Source of the DNA: Candidatus Babeliales bacterium
Lineage (GTDB): Bacteria > Babelota > Babeliae > Babelales > RVW-14
NCBI GenBank assembly: GCA_041662445.1
Contig: JBAZSL010000002.1
Coordinates: 35,423 to 99,422 of the forward strand
DNA: 64,000 nucleotides
Direction: 5' to 3'
The position numbers were made by a program, and so were the translations under genes. Position 1 is the stretch's first letter. Each line of letters begins with the position of its first letter. Below the pieces are notes generated by a model. It saw only the letters and a program-made list of their open reading frames with translations, made no database searches and was not told where the DNA came from. Shown here one piece after another: positions 54,060 through 62,794 of this stretch.

Positions 54060-55853
54060 TCACAAAGTTTTGAATAGACCATGTACAGCATCCCACGCTA
54101 AAAAACAGGGATTCTCCTTGATGAGTTGTCTCTCGATATGAATCGTGAAATCTTGGACGCCCTCTTGCGTAATAAAATATATTTTATCTGGTTTATGAAT
54201 ATGGTAATGAACCCCTTCTGGGGTTGGCGTAATGGTCGCGAAATTTTCATTGTAATAATCACTACTTACATTGCGCCATGTTGATGGCGTAACAATGTGT
54301 GCTCCAATTTGAACAAATGCCGCTGCAGGGGTTGTATAAATTACCGCAGCGGCATTATTGAGCATGGCGCGTATAATGTCGGTCGGCTGATCACCAAGGC
54401 CATCCATGGGATAAGAGAGAAGGTACAGCGGCTTGTTCCTGATGCCAGGATAGTTTGTGAGGTTATGTAATGCCTGAGCAACAACATGCATTTTGCGCTC
54501 GCGATGTTGCATATTGTCGAGCGTAAGCACCATGAAAAAAACAACTGCGATGGGGAGGAGCCCGAACCCTATTTTTTTGAAGTGTTGTAGTGGTAGTGGT
54601 GCCCACTGAAAGCATCCAATAAAAAATAAAAGAATAAACGGAAGTGCTTCATAGATATAACGAGGGCTGTAGCAACCAACATATGCCGGCCAGAGCATGA
54701 GGGTTGCGCTTATCAAAAAACAAGTTAAAAATTTTTTTCGTGTGTTCGTGACAAAAAGCCACATAAAAAGTGTAATTAAAATCGCCAGAAGAGCTCCACG
54801 AAGTATCGGATGACCCCATGGCAACCATGAGAGCCAGAAGGCATCATAGAGAAAGACTAAGCCCTCGTTGAATTTTGTTCGAAAGAATAGCGCAAGGGAT
54901 GGCGAAGTGGTTGTTACAAAATGCAGCGGAAAGAGTGACACCCTGAGAAGTAAAAATGAAATTGCGATGATCCAGAAACCAGCTGCTTTTTTGATCGCGC
55001 ACCACAGGCTGTTTCTATTGTCATAGACATATGTACCAAGTGTGATGATTGCCGGAAATACTAGTGATGATTCTCGTGTAAAAAGTGAGCATGCAAACAA
55101 CCAACAGGAGAGCGCATAGGGCCATATGTGTTGCTGATCTAGATATCTTTTGTAAAAAATTAATGCGCCGAGTATACATGACACGCTGACATAATAATGA
55201 AGATTGACGATTGCCCCAAAGCGATAGCCTATTTGAGGATGAAACGCGAAAAGCAGCGCGGCACAAAGTGCGGGTAGGAGTGATGTGAGCCATGAAAAAA
55301 TCAAAACGAGCAAAGAAGTATTAAGTGCATGAAAAAATACGTTACACAAAAAATATCCATAGGCATTAAGGCCAAAGAGCCAATATTGAAGTGTTATAAA
55401 AATGAGATACACCGGTCGGTAATAGGCATTAAAGAACGTAATTGTTGCTTGTTGGTGCGGTAGATTTGACGGGCCTAGAGCTTGGTTGATGTGACCGTTA
55501 ATGAAAAAATAAAAAAGCTGGCGCCATGTTTTGGTTACAAATCCAATGTACGCGCCGCCAAAATCATCGCAGCCGTTAAACCACCAATGAGTAAAAGGGA
55601 TGCCGAGAATGCAAAAGACAAACACGCCGGCCAGCGTTGCTATGATGATTGGTGGTTTTGTGGTGTGTGAAAATTTAATTCCGTTCGTGGTGAGTGTCCT
55701 CCGAAGCTTTAGCGTAGGAGGATGTATCGAACCATGAACACCATAAATTTTTTTGAGTTCATCCTTCGATACTTTTTGCTTCGCTTTGCTACGCAAAAAA
55801 CTCAGGACGAACGGGATGTGAAAAATTTTGCCTATTTGAGTGCATTTAGCCAT
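54060..55853 (-). CDS. GT-C-like polytopic membrane glycosyltransferase, paralogue 2 of 3
   Basis: GIPFTHWWFNGCDDFGG, then YYRPVYLIFITLQYWLFGLNAYGYF..FHALNT. The architecture matches both neighbours. Confidence 0.55.
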   Translation of the reverse strand: MAKCTQIGKIFHIPFVLSFLRSKAKQKVSKDELKKIYGVHGSIHPPTLKLRRTLTTNGIKFSHTTKPPIIIATLAGVFVFCILGIPFTHWWFNGCDDFGGAYIGFVTKTWRQLFYFFINGHINQALGPSNLPHQQATITFFNAYYRPVYLIFITLQYWLFGLNAYGYFLCNVFFHALNTSLLVLIFSWLTSLLPALCAALLFAFHPQIGYRFGAIVNLHYYVSVSCILGALIFYKRYLDQQHIWPYALSCWLFACSLFTRESSLVFPAIITLGTYVYDNRNSLWCAIKKAAGFWIIAISFLLLRVSLFPLHFVTTTSPSLALFFRTKFNEGLVFLYDAFWLSWLPWGHPILRGALLAILITLFMWLFVTNTRKKFLTCFLISATLMLWPAYVGCYSPRYIYEALPFILLFFIGCFQWAPLPLQHFKKIGFGLLPIAVVFFMVLTLDNMQHRERKMHVVAQALHNLTNYPGIRNKPLYLLSYPMDGLGDQPTDIIRAMLNNAAAVIYTTPAAAFVQIGAHIVTPSTWRNVSSDYYNENFATITPTPEGVHYHIHKPDKIYFITQEGVQDFTIHIERQLIKENPCFLAWDAVHGLFKTL

Positions 55854-55867
55854 AAGTATTAAACATG

Positions 55868-57331
55868 TTATATGTTTGATCCAATCACAAATTTATGACG
55901 CTTGTCATCCCAGGTAATAATGAGCGGTTTTTCTCGTGCGATCTCTGAAGGCAATGTAGTGCCGCCAATTTGGAAAACTGGCTTACTATCGTCATTACGG
56001 AGCATCCAGACTGCTTGCGATGTTCCCTGGCCAAACCAATGGGATGGTATGTCGACAAAACAGAGACTGCGTCCTCTGGTAACCGGTGTGGCGACAAGTT
56101 GTTTGAACGCCGTTGTAATCATATGCAACGTCTTTTCGCGTTGCGCCATGTGGTGAACCAAAAATCCTGCATTCCAGATGACAAAAATCCAGCAGATCAC
56201 CATCCACCTGGTGCGCATGCGATCAATAATCAGTGCTGCACTGGTTATCAAAAGTGGTAATGCCATATAGATATAGCGTGGTTGAAAATGCATGAGAATT
56301 GCTGGCCAACTGAATAAGGGGATACTGCAGAATAAAAAGAGAATGTATTTTTTGTAGGGGCTATGGAGGCAAAATATTCCAAGCGAGGCACAGGCACATG
56401 CGATGAGCAAACCCTTGAATACTTGATGGTTGAGGGGAAGCCACGAAAATCCTAAAAATTCGTTACCGTAACTTACTGCATCATAAAATCGTGAAGCGAT
56501 GCGTGTGATGAATGATTGCCAGGTTGGTTGGAAGGTGAGGGTTCCCGTTTGTGCCGTGAGTGGGTAGAGGTAGAGACGTATGGTGAGATAACAGAGATTG
56601 ATCAACCAAAAGCCACTAGAAAGTCTTAACGCTTTGTGTAGTTTTGTTTTCCATGAATGTGCTGCATCTTGAGTTGTCTGGTACATGTAAAATGCACCCA
56701 CGAGCCAAAGTGGCAAAAAAATAGTTTGTTCTTTGAGTAGAAGATTAAGTGCATACAGCAGGCATCCTAAAAGATAAAAGAAAAAATTTTGCGTTCTGAG
56801 ATACTCCAAAAGTGCATATATGAGCATGAATAAAACAAATAACTCGATAAAGTACGTTTGTGCGCTCGTCCAGCCAAACCAGATCCATAAACTTGGATGA
56901 AAACCAAAGTATGCAGCGGCCAAAAATGCTGTTGAGGTGGTGACACACAAACTAAGGAGATTGAAAAACGCTACGGCATTGAGTGCATGAAAGCATGCGC
57001 TTACCAGGAGAAAGCCATAAGGCGTTGTACCAAAAATACAATATTGTAAGTAGTAATACACAAATGACATAGGACGATAAAGGCCTTGAAAAAATGCCTG
57101 ATCTGGAGGGGTAACATTGCAGGGTATGCATACTTTCTCGCTATTACCTTCGGTGAAGAAAGCGCATAAATTTGACCAGCTTTTGATAATGCAATGATAT
57201 ATATTTCCCCAGTCATCAGTCTTGAATCCCCAATGTGTGAATGGAATTCCAAGAATACAAAAGATGAGAAGAAAAAGCATGATGCTGAGGATGAGTTTAG
57301 CGTGAGCTGTGCATAAATTTTTGAGGCTCAT
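55868..57331 (-). CDS. GT-C-like polytopic membrane glycosyltransferase, paralogue 3 of 3
   Basis: GIPFTHWGFKTDDWGN, then LYRPMSFVYYYLQYCIFGTTPYGF..FHALNA. The ATG at 57331 has AAAGG upstream, whereas the track start at 57361 is TTG. Confidence 0.55.
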   Translation of the reverse strand: MSLKNLCTAHAKLILSIMLFLLIFCILGIPFTHWGFKTDDWGNIYHCIIKSWSNLCAFFTEGNSEKVCIPCNVTPPDQAFFQGLYRPMSFVYYYLQYCIFGTTPYGFLLVSACFHALNAVAFFNLLSLCVTTSTAFLAAAYFGFHPSLWIWFGWTSAQTYFIELFVLFMLIYALLEYLRTQNFFFYLLGCLLYALNLLLKEQTIFLPLWLVGAFYMYQTTQDAAHSWKTKLHKALRLSSGFWLINLCYLTIRLYLYPLTAQTGTLTFQPTWQSFITRIASRFYDAVSYGNEFLGFSWLPLNHQVFKGLLIACACASLGIFCLHSPYKKYILFLFCSIPLFSWPAILMHFQPRYIYMALPLLITSAALIIDRMRTRWMVICWIFVIWNAGFLVHHMAQREKTLHMITTAFKQLVATPVTRGRSLCFVDIPSHWFGQGTSQAVWMLRNDDSKPVFQIGGTTLPSEIAREKPLIITWDDKRHKFVIGSNI

Positions 57332-58244
57332 ACGAAAACCTTTGCATAATAGCTGATGCAATACGATCTGGAGTTAATCCATACAGCTGCTTGAGCTCGT
57401 TGCGTGACCCGCATTCATGTTCATAACAATCTGGAATGCCAAATGCTTGAAAAGTAATTGGTGAGCCTTTCTCACATAAAAGATGCGCCACTGCTTGCCC
57501 TAGCCCGCCGATAACTGAATGTTCTTCGATGGTAAAGACAGAGCGTAGGCTTTTGGCGCTGAAAAAATTATGATCAAGTGGCTTTATGGTATGGACGCTT
57601 GCAAGACCGAAATTTACACCTTTTTGACTAAGAATCTGTTGAACTTGATAACCAAGATCTAAAGCATTACCTGTTGCCATAATGTAGTGTTCCTGATGGC
57701 TGACGAGATCTGCGATAGATCCAAGTGAAAGTGTGTAATTGGTAATTGGCAAGAGTTCTTCTTTGTTTGAGAGTCGTACAAATACGGGACATTGGCAGGT
57801 ATCGATCTGCGGTAAAAGTGTCCCCAATTCATACTGTGTGGCCGGCGCGACAACCGTCATGTTTGGCACTGATCGCATAATTGCTATATCTTCGATTGCA
57901 TGATGAGTTGCTCCTTCTGCACCATAAACAAATCCGCCACCAGCTCCAATGAGTTTGACGGGAAGCTTTTGATAACAAAGATCAATACGGATCTGTTCAA
58001 AACAGCGCATGGTTAAGAATGGAATGATTGAGTAGACATAGACATTTTTTCCCGCCATGGCAAGCCCAGCGGCAACGCCAATCATGTTCTGTTCTGCAAT
58101 GCCTGCGTTGATAAATCGTTCAGGAAATTTTTGTTCAAACTCTTGGGCGAAAGGAAAACCAAGGTCTCCGGTAACCAGATAAAGATTTGGATCGATTGCA
58201 GCTTGCCGTACCATGTACGTGAAAAATGTTGCCTTCATATACAA
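57297..58244 (-). CDS. transketolase, C-terminal (pyrimidine-binding) subunit
   Basis: FINAGIAEQNMIGVAAGLAMAGK, and about 315 aa as in two-subunit transketolases. 10-nt overlap with the N-terminal subunit gene. Confidence 0.85.
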   Translation of the reverse strand: MYMKATFFTYMVRQAAIDPNLYLVTGDLGFPFAQEFEQKFPERFINAGIAEQNMIGVAAGLAMAGKNVYVYSIIPFLTMRCFEQIRIDLCYQKLPVKLIGAGGGFVYGAEGATHHAIEDIAIMRSVPNMTVVAPATQYELGTLLPQIDTCQCPVFVRLSNKEELLPITNYTLSLGSIADLVSHQEHYIMATGNALDLGYQVQQILSQKGVNFGLASVHTIKPLDHNFFSAKSLRSVFTIEEHSVIGGLGQAVAHLLCEKGSPITFQAFGIPDCYEHECGSRNELKQLYGLTPDRIASAIMQRFSYEPQKFMHSSR

Positions 58245-59077
58245 AGCTCCTGTTGTGCTTGTGCGTATTGATCCGGTTTAAGCGAGCGATAGTGCCATTC
58301 CAACTTGTCTTGTGCGAATGAAAGCCCCTTTCCTAAGACAGTGTGAGCAATAATGACTGAAGGGGTAGTATGCGTGCTACAGCTGTTGATGCTTTGTGTA
58401 AGCGCATTGTAATCATGTCCATCGATTGCACAGGTACAACAACCAAATGCTTTGAATTTATCTTCTAAGGGAAGTGGATCGATAGCTTGTGTGCGATTCA
58501 ATGCCTGCAAGTTATTGGCATCGATGATGACGATGAGGTTGTTAAGCGCAAACCGTGAGGCCATCGTGAGCGCTTCCCAGTTTGATCCTTCCTGACATTC
58601 GCCATCTCCCATAATGACGTAAACACGTGATAAGCGTTGATCGTCCTGTGCTGCACGGGCAAGTCCAACACCAAGAGAAAGTCCATGGCCAAGCGATCCC
58701 GTGCTTGCTTCAACACCATGGCGAATACTGCGCATGGGATGTCCTGCTAATATGCCGTGGTGAAATTTTTTAAGAAGCATATCGCGTTCAATAAGGCCGA
58801 CAGAACCAAGTGTTGCATAAAGGGCTGCCGCCCCATGCCCTTTGCTCAAAATGACGTAATCGCGATGAGGACTTTGTTGTTGTATGAGCTCGATATTAAG
58901 GACTTGATGATAAAGAACAACCAAAATGTCGATGAGTGAAAAGCAACTCCCCAGGTGTGAGCTTTGTGTATGGGTAAGCATTTCAATAATATCTAAACGA
59001 CATAAGCGTGCGACTTCTTGAAGATGTTCAAATGTTGGGCGTGGAGTGTTTCGGTTGGTAGTTTGTGTTTGTGTCAT
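58235..59077 (-). CDS. transketolase, N-terminal (ThDP-binding) subunit
   Basis: SHLGSCFSLIDILVVLY, GSLGHGLSLGVGLA and the ThDP motif GDGECQEGSNWEA. The ATG at 59077 has AAGGA upstream. The track ORF extends 73 codons further in a region that overlaps the SDR gene. Confidence 0.85.
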   Translation of the reverse strand: MTQTQTTNRNTPRPTFEHLQEVARLCRLDIIEMLTHTQSSHLGSCFSLIDILVVLYHQVLNIELIQQQSPHRDYVILSKGHGAAALYATLGSVGLIERDMLLKKFHHGILAGHPMRSIRHGVEASTGSLGHGLSLGVGLARAAQDDQRLSRVYVIMGDGECQEGSNWEALTMASRFALNNLIVIIDANNLQALNRTQAIDPLPLEDKFKAFGCCTCAIDGHDYNALTQSINSCSTHTTPSVIIAHTVLGKGLSFAQDKLEWHYRSLKPDQYAQAQQELCI

Positions 59078-60035
59078 TGGTATCCTTGTGTTCATAACTT
59101 GATATGTGCTGCGCAAACCATACAAGCGATGCTGCAAGTCCCTCGCGGAGTGTGAAGCGTGGTGACCATCCTGTGGCAGCTTGCGTGTGTGCGCTGTCAG
59201 CTTGCCATGAGCGTGGCTCCCATGGACGAGGGGCGCTCGTGCCCCAGTGGACATCCAATGTTTTACCCACGCATTCTTCAATGATAGCAATAACACCGCC
59301 TATTGAAGATTGTGTTCCGGTGCCGCCATTCAAAATGTACATGCCACGAGGTGGTCTTTGCGCAATGGCATCGTAAAGAGCAACCATGTCTTCAATGTAA
59401 ATAAAGTCGCGTACTGAATGTTGTGACGACAGATTGATTGATGTGTTTCGTAGTGCATTGACTAAAATAGTAGGTATAAGCCGTGTGGGCATTTCATAAT
59501 TACCATAGACTGAAAATGGACGAACGGTGTAGACCGGAAGTTTGTTAAAGAGAGCTTCCTTGAGGCAAAACTGCGTTGCGGCCGCTTTGGCAACGCCATA
59601 ATCACTGACTGGTTCAAGGAGTGTGTTTTCATTCATGGGCGTATCTTTGATCCCATATTCCGATGAACTACCCGTATTGATAAAGCATGCAAATCCGACA
59701 GCTTTGCAAGCATTGAGCAGATTAATCGTTCCGTAAAAATTAACGTCATAAATAGTTTTCTGATCATTTTGGTGTGGCATGCCACCGTAGGATGCTAAAT
59801 GGAAGATATGTGTTGGTTGTATGGTGTGCACAAGATTTTGTATGCAAACATGGTCGGTAAGACTTGATTCATGGATGTGCACATGGTTCATTACCGGCTG
59901 CAATCGCCATAGATTCGAATTCTTTTCAACAAGCACATGAAGCTTGGTATAGCCGTCACGTATGAATTTGTGTACGAGGTTAGCACCGATAAATCCGGCG
60001 CCGCCAGTAATAAAAATGGGTGTTGTTTGATGCAT
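59028..60035 (-). CDS. NAD-dependent epimerase/dehydratase (extended SDR)
   Basis: IFITGGAGFIGANL, GSSSEYG and YGVAKAA (YxxxK). GAGGAGAG lies 7 nt upstream of the ATG at 60035. Confidence 0.8.
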   Translation of the reverse strand: MHQTTPIFITGGAGFIGANLVHKFIRDGYTKLHVLVEKNSNLWRLQPVMNHVHIHESSLTDHVCIQNLVHTIQPTHIFHLASYGGMPHQNDQKTIYDVNFYGTINLLNACKAVGFACFINTGSSSEYGIKDTPMNENTLLEPVSDYGVAKAAATQFCLKEALFNKLPVYTVRPFSVYGNYEMPTRLIPTILVNALRNTSINLSSQHSVRDFIYIEDMVALYDAIAQRPPRGMYILNGGTGTQSSIGGVIAIIEECVGKTLDVHWGTSAPRPWEPRSWQADSAHTQAATGWSPRFTLREGLAASLVWFAQHISSYEHKDTNDTNTNYQPKHSTPNI

Positions 60036-60121
60036 GCCCCTACTCTCCTCAAGGTCTTTTCCGTGCCAAGATACCATCAATGCACGGCAAAATAAATGGC
60101 GCACATAAAAATGAAATGGTC

Positions 60122-61456
60122 TTAAGCGCAAGCTCTTAGCGATTGGGCTTCTTCTTTATAAGCGTAAATATCCATTGATGGGCCGTGTATTTCCCTGCTG
60201 AGGTTATCTAACAAGTGTGGCGTATTACTTAGCGTAATCATCTTGAAATAAGTTTTTGGTAAAATTTCACGCAAAATATCGGTTACTTCTTTGTATGTTT
60301 CTTGGTCAACTTTGACAGCGCATTTCATATCAAGACGTACGTGAGATTTATGTTTTTCAGCCAAAGAGCCTGCGTCTTCGAGAGCTTTTTCTGGTATTTT
60401 CCAATATGCATCAAAAAATTTAATGGTTATGTTGTTGCCATCATAAGCCATGCCAAAAACGACGCGCATGGTGGCGTCATATTGCTTATCATTTACCATG
60501 ATTGGTTGAGACGGCTCAAATGATTCGACGAGCAAAAAATTTTTCCGGTATTTTTTCCAGAACAGATAGTCTTTTTTCGATGAAGTAATTTTGATTGGAT
60601 TGAGTATAAGATAAAGCGCGTACGCCAAGTGCTGTCGTTCTACAAAAATTACTCCCTTGCCACAGCATGAGTCTATTGGCTTAATTACATAGCACGCGCT
60701 AGGTATCGCAGTAATTATTTTTTGGGCCAAATGTGGCGTATATTTTTTCGAAAGTATGCAACAGCGGGGGCGGTACTTTTCTATTGATGAATCATGCGCA
60801 AAAAGAAGATGCGTAAATAATTTATTTTGTACCAATCTGCTTGTTGCATAGTCGAGAAGAATTAAATTTGGATATTTTTCTCTGAGCATATGATAATGTG
60901 CCGCTAGAAAACGTAAATCTTTTGCGATGAGAATTCCTGATAGGTCCATAATATTTGTCGGCTGATTTTGTTTGAATGTAGATATGGATTCGCTCCTATC
61001 TATGAAGTCATCGAGGGTGTCATAAAACACATTTTGTGATTGAGTGAGATGTGCAGGTGCTCTATGTGGCTTATTATAGAAATTATTTGATACAATAAAA
61101 TCCCAAAAAAATCCTGATAATACATATTTTGCGTATGTTGTTGGGCGTGAAAACTGTTCGCGTGGCTTGTCTGATGTTACGAGGAAAAGTGGAATCTTCA
61201 GTGACTGGAAAAAATCACCAAAATAAGTACACAATCTTTCTTTAGTATGAATTTCAAAATATGGTGAGAGATCGCAGTAAAATGCTTCACCAAATTCGCA
61301 AATTTTTAGATTTCCGTGATCGTACTTAAGATCTATGATAGCGAATGACACGTCAGGCGGGTATTTCTGATTGACATCTATGTTCAAATTTAGATCAAAA
61401 GCTTGTGTAGAAGTGAACAGAGTACTGGCGAAAATTAAAATTGGCATAAGGCGCAT
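60122..61456 (-). CDS. signal-peptide protein with TTL/ATP-grasp-like motif pattern, paralogue A
   Basis: N-terminus MRLMPILIFASTLFTSTQA. YVIKPIDSCCGKGVIFV, LLVESFEPSQPIMVNDKQYDATMRVVF...IKFFDAYWKIP and KSHV parallel the ATP-grasp/tubulin-tyrosine-ligase motif order. Clearly paralogous to the next gene. Confidence 0.45.
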   Translation of the reverse strand: MRLMPILIFASTLFTSTQAFDLNLNIDVNQKYPPDVSFAIIDLKYDHGNLKICEFGEAFYCDLSPYFEIHTKERLCTYFGDFFQSLKIPLFLVTSDKPREQFSRPTTYAKYVLSGFFWDFIVSNNFYNKPHRAPAHLTQSQNVFYDTLDDFIDRSESISTFKQNQPTNIMDLSGILIAKDLRFLAAHYHMLREKYPNLILLDYATSRLVQNKLFTHLLFAHDSSIEKYRPRCCILSKKYTPHLAQKIITAIPSACYVIKPIDSCCGKGVIFVERQHLAYALYLILNPIKITSSKKDYLFWKKYRKNFLLVESFEPSQPIMVNDKQYDATMRVVFGMAYDGNNITIKFFDAYWKIPEKALEDAGSLAEKHKSHVRLDMKCAVKVDQETYKEVTDILREILPKTYFKMITLSNTPHLLDNLSREIHGPSMDIYAYKEEAQSLRACA

Positions 61457-61473
61457 AGAAAACAACCTCTTTT

Positions 61474-62688
61474 TTAGGGAATATTTTTTGAGCTTAGCCC
61501 ATGCTTCAAATACGTAAACAATTCTTTAGAGTGTCGAGCTGCGATCATTTTGAGATACACACGAGGAAGTATCTTACGCAGAATTGAAGTAACCTCTTGA
61601 TAGGTTTTGGGATCAACTTTTGCAGAACATTCTTTGCCCATACGTATGTGCGACTGACTTTTTTGAGCAATAGACCCAGGGCCCTCAAGTGCTCTTGTTG
61701 GCAGTTTCCAGTAAGCGCCAAAAAATGTGATATCGATAATGCCTTGTTCATAGGTAATGCCAAAGGCCACGCGCATAGTTGCATCATAATGGTTGCCCTC
61801 AACCTCGATGGGTTGAGATGTTTCGCATGATTCAACCATGGCATACTTCCCCTTTTCGTGGCGCCAGTAGCCATATGGCTGTCCATGGGGCAGCTCTTTT
61901 GTATGAACATCGAACATTTTGTCAGGTTGCAAGATTACCGCGAGCGTTGTTTCAAGGTCTTTTGCGGGAACAAACAGTATCCCGCGTCCCTTGTAGGCTC
62001 CAGTTGGCTTTATAACGCAATATTGGCTCTTGAGCTTGTTTATAATTTGTTTCGCCATGCCCTTAGTGTATCGTTTAGGAACGATAACGCATTGAGGGCG
62101 GTATCGTTCTAGTTCAGGATCATCGATGAAAAGTAATTGCGTCATCAGTTTGCTCAAAACAAATGTACGTGTGACGTCATCAAGAATAATCAAAGAAGGG
62201 TGTTTCTTCTGGAGTGATCGAGCAACGTGATGAGGAAATTCTGATATCACCAGGCCAAGTGCATCAGTGATATTTTTCGATGGCCCTTTGTTTTTTTCGT
62301 CTGAGCACAATGCTTGGAATAATGCGTTGTCTTCAAGCATCGAGAGATCTCTGCAAACAATAGTTGTAAGCCGTGTAGTTGTTGCGCAGTAATCTTTTTT
62401 CTTCTTGCACTTTTTATTAAGAAAAAAAAGAGGGATATTTTGTGATTTTAAAAAATTTCGAAAATGTTTCCACATGCTCGCCTTGCCCATGAGGCAATCG
62501 TAGCCATAAAAGCCAGAATAGATCCCCTCCCCAAATTCGCAAATTTTGAGGTGCGGTTTATTGTATTTTAAATCGACGATGCAAAAAGAAATGTCCACTG
62601 GATATTCTTGAAGCAACTTAACGTTCAATGCGAAAAGGTGTGCATGAAAAATACTCATAAAAAATATGGTGTGATACAGATATTTCAT
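61474..62688 (-). CDS. signal-peptide protein with TTL/ATP-grasp-like motif pattern, paralogue B
   Basis: N-terminus MKYLYHTIFFMSIFHAHLFA. YCVIKPTGAYKGRGILFV, AMVESCETSQPIEVEGNHYDATMRVAF...ITFFGAYWKLP and QSHI. AAGGA lies 7 nt upstream. Confidence 0.45.
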   Translation of the reverse strand: MKYLYHTIFFMSIFHAHLFALNVKLLQEYPVDISFCIVDLKYNKPHLKICEFGEGIYSGFYGYDCLMGKASMWKHFRNFLKSQNIPLFFLNKKCKKKKDYCATTTRLTTIVCRDLSMLEDNALFQALCSDEKNKGPSKNITDALGLVISEFPHHVARSLQKKHPSLIILDDVTRTFVLSKLMTQLLFIDDPELERYRPQCVIVPKRYTKGMAKQIINKLKSQYCVIKPTGAYKGRGILFVPAKDLETTLAVILQPDKMFDVHTKELPHGQPYGYWRHEKGKYAMVESCETSQPIEVEGNHYDATMRVAFGITYEQGIIDITFFGAYWKLPTRALEGPGSIAQKSQSHIRMGKECSAKVDPKTYQEVTSILRKILPRVYLKMIAARHSKELFTYLKHGLSSKNIP

Positions 62689-62723
62689 TGTCCTATCCTT
62701 TTTCCGATAACGTTTTTTTTAAC

Positions 62724-62746
62724 TAATTATTTACAATAAATAATTA
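62724..62746. promoter_or_regulatory. perfect 23-bp palindrome TAATTATTTA-CAA-TAAATAATTA in a divergent promoter region
   Basis: 10-bp arms at 62724-62733 and 62737-62746 are exact reverse complements. It sits midway between divergent start codons at 62688 (-) and 62795 (+). Confidence 0.3.
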
Positions 62747-62794
62747 TATTTTTTAGTATCAAGTTCAATGGTGACAAAAAAAGGAGAAAAAAGA

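Noticed and set aside
57297-59077. Split transketolase as a disrupted pseudogene
   Set aside because: The two ORFs correspond exactly to the known two-subunit (N-terminal ThDP and C-terminal pyrimidine-binding) transketolase architecture and overlap by 10 nt. This is a normal arrangement.
59078-59296. 73-codon upstream extension of the transketolase N-terminal subunit, and similar extensions of pseB (30841-30903) and the SDR gene (60036-60131)
   Set aside because: The extensions lie inside neighbouring genes, are rich in His/Arg/Ser noise and lack SD sequences. The internal ATGs have good SDs and canonical N-termini.
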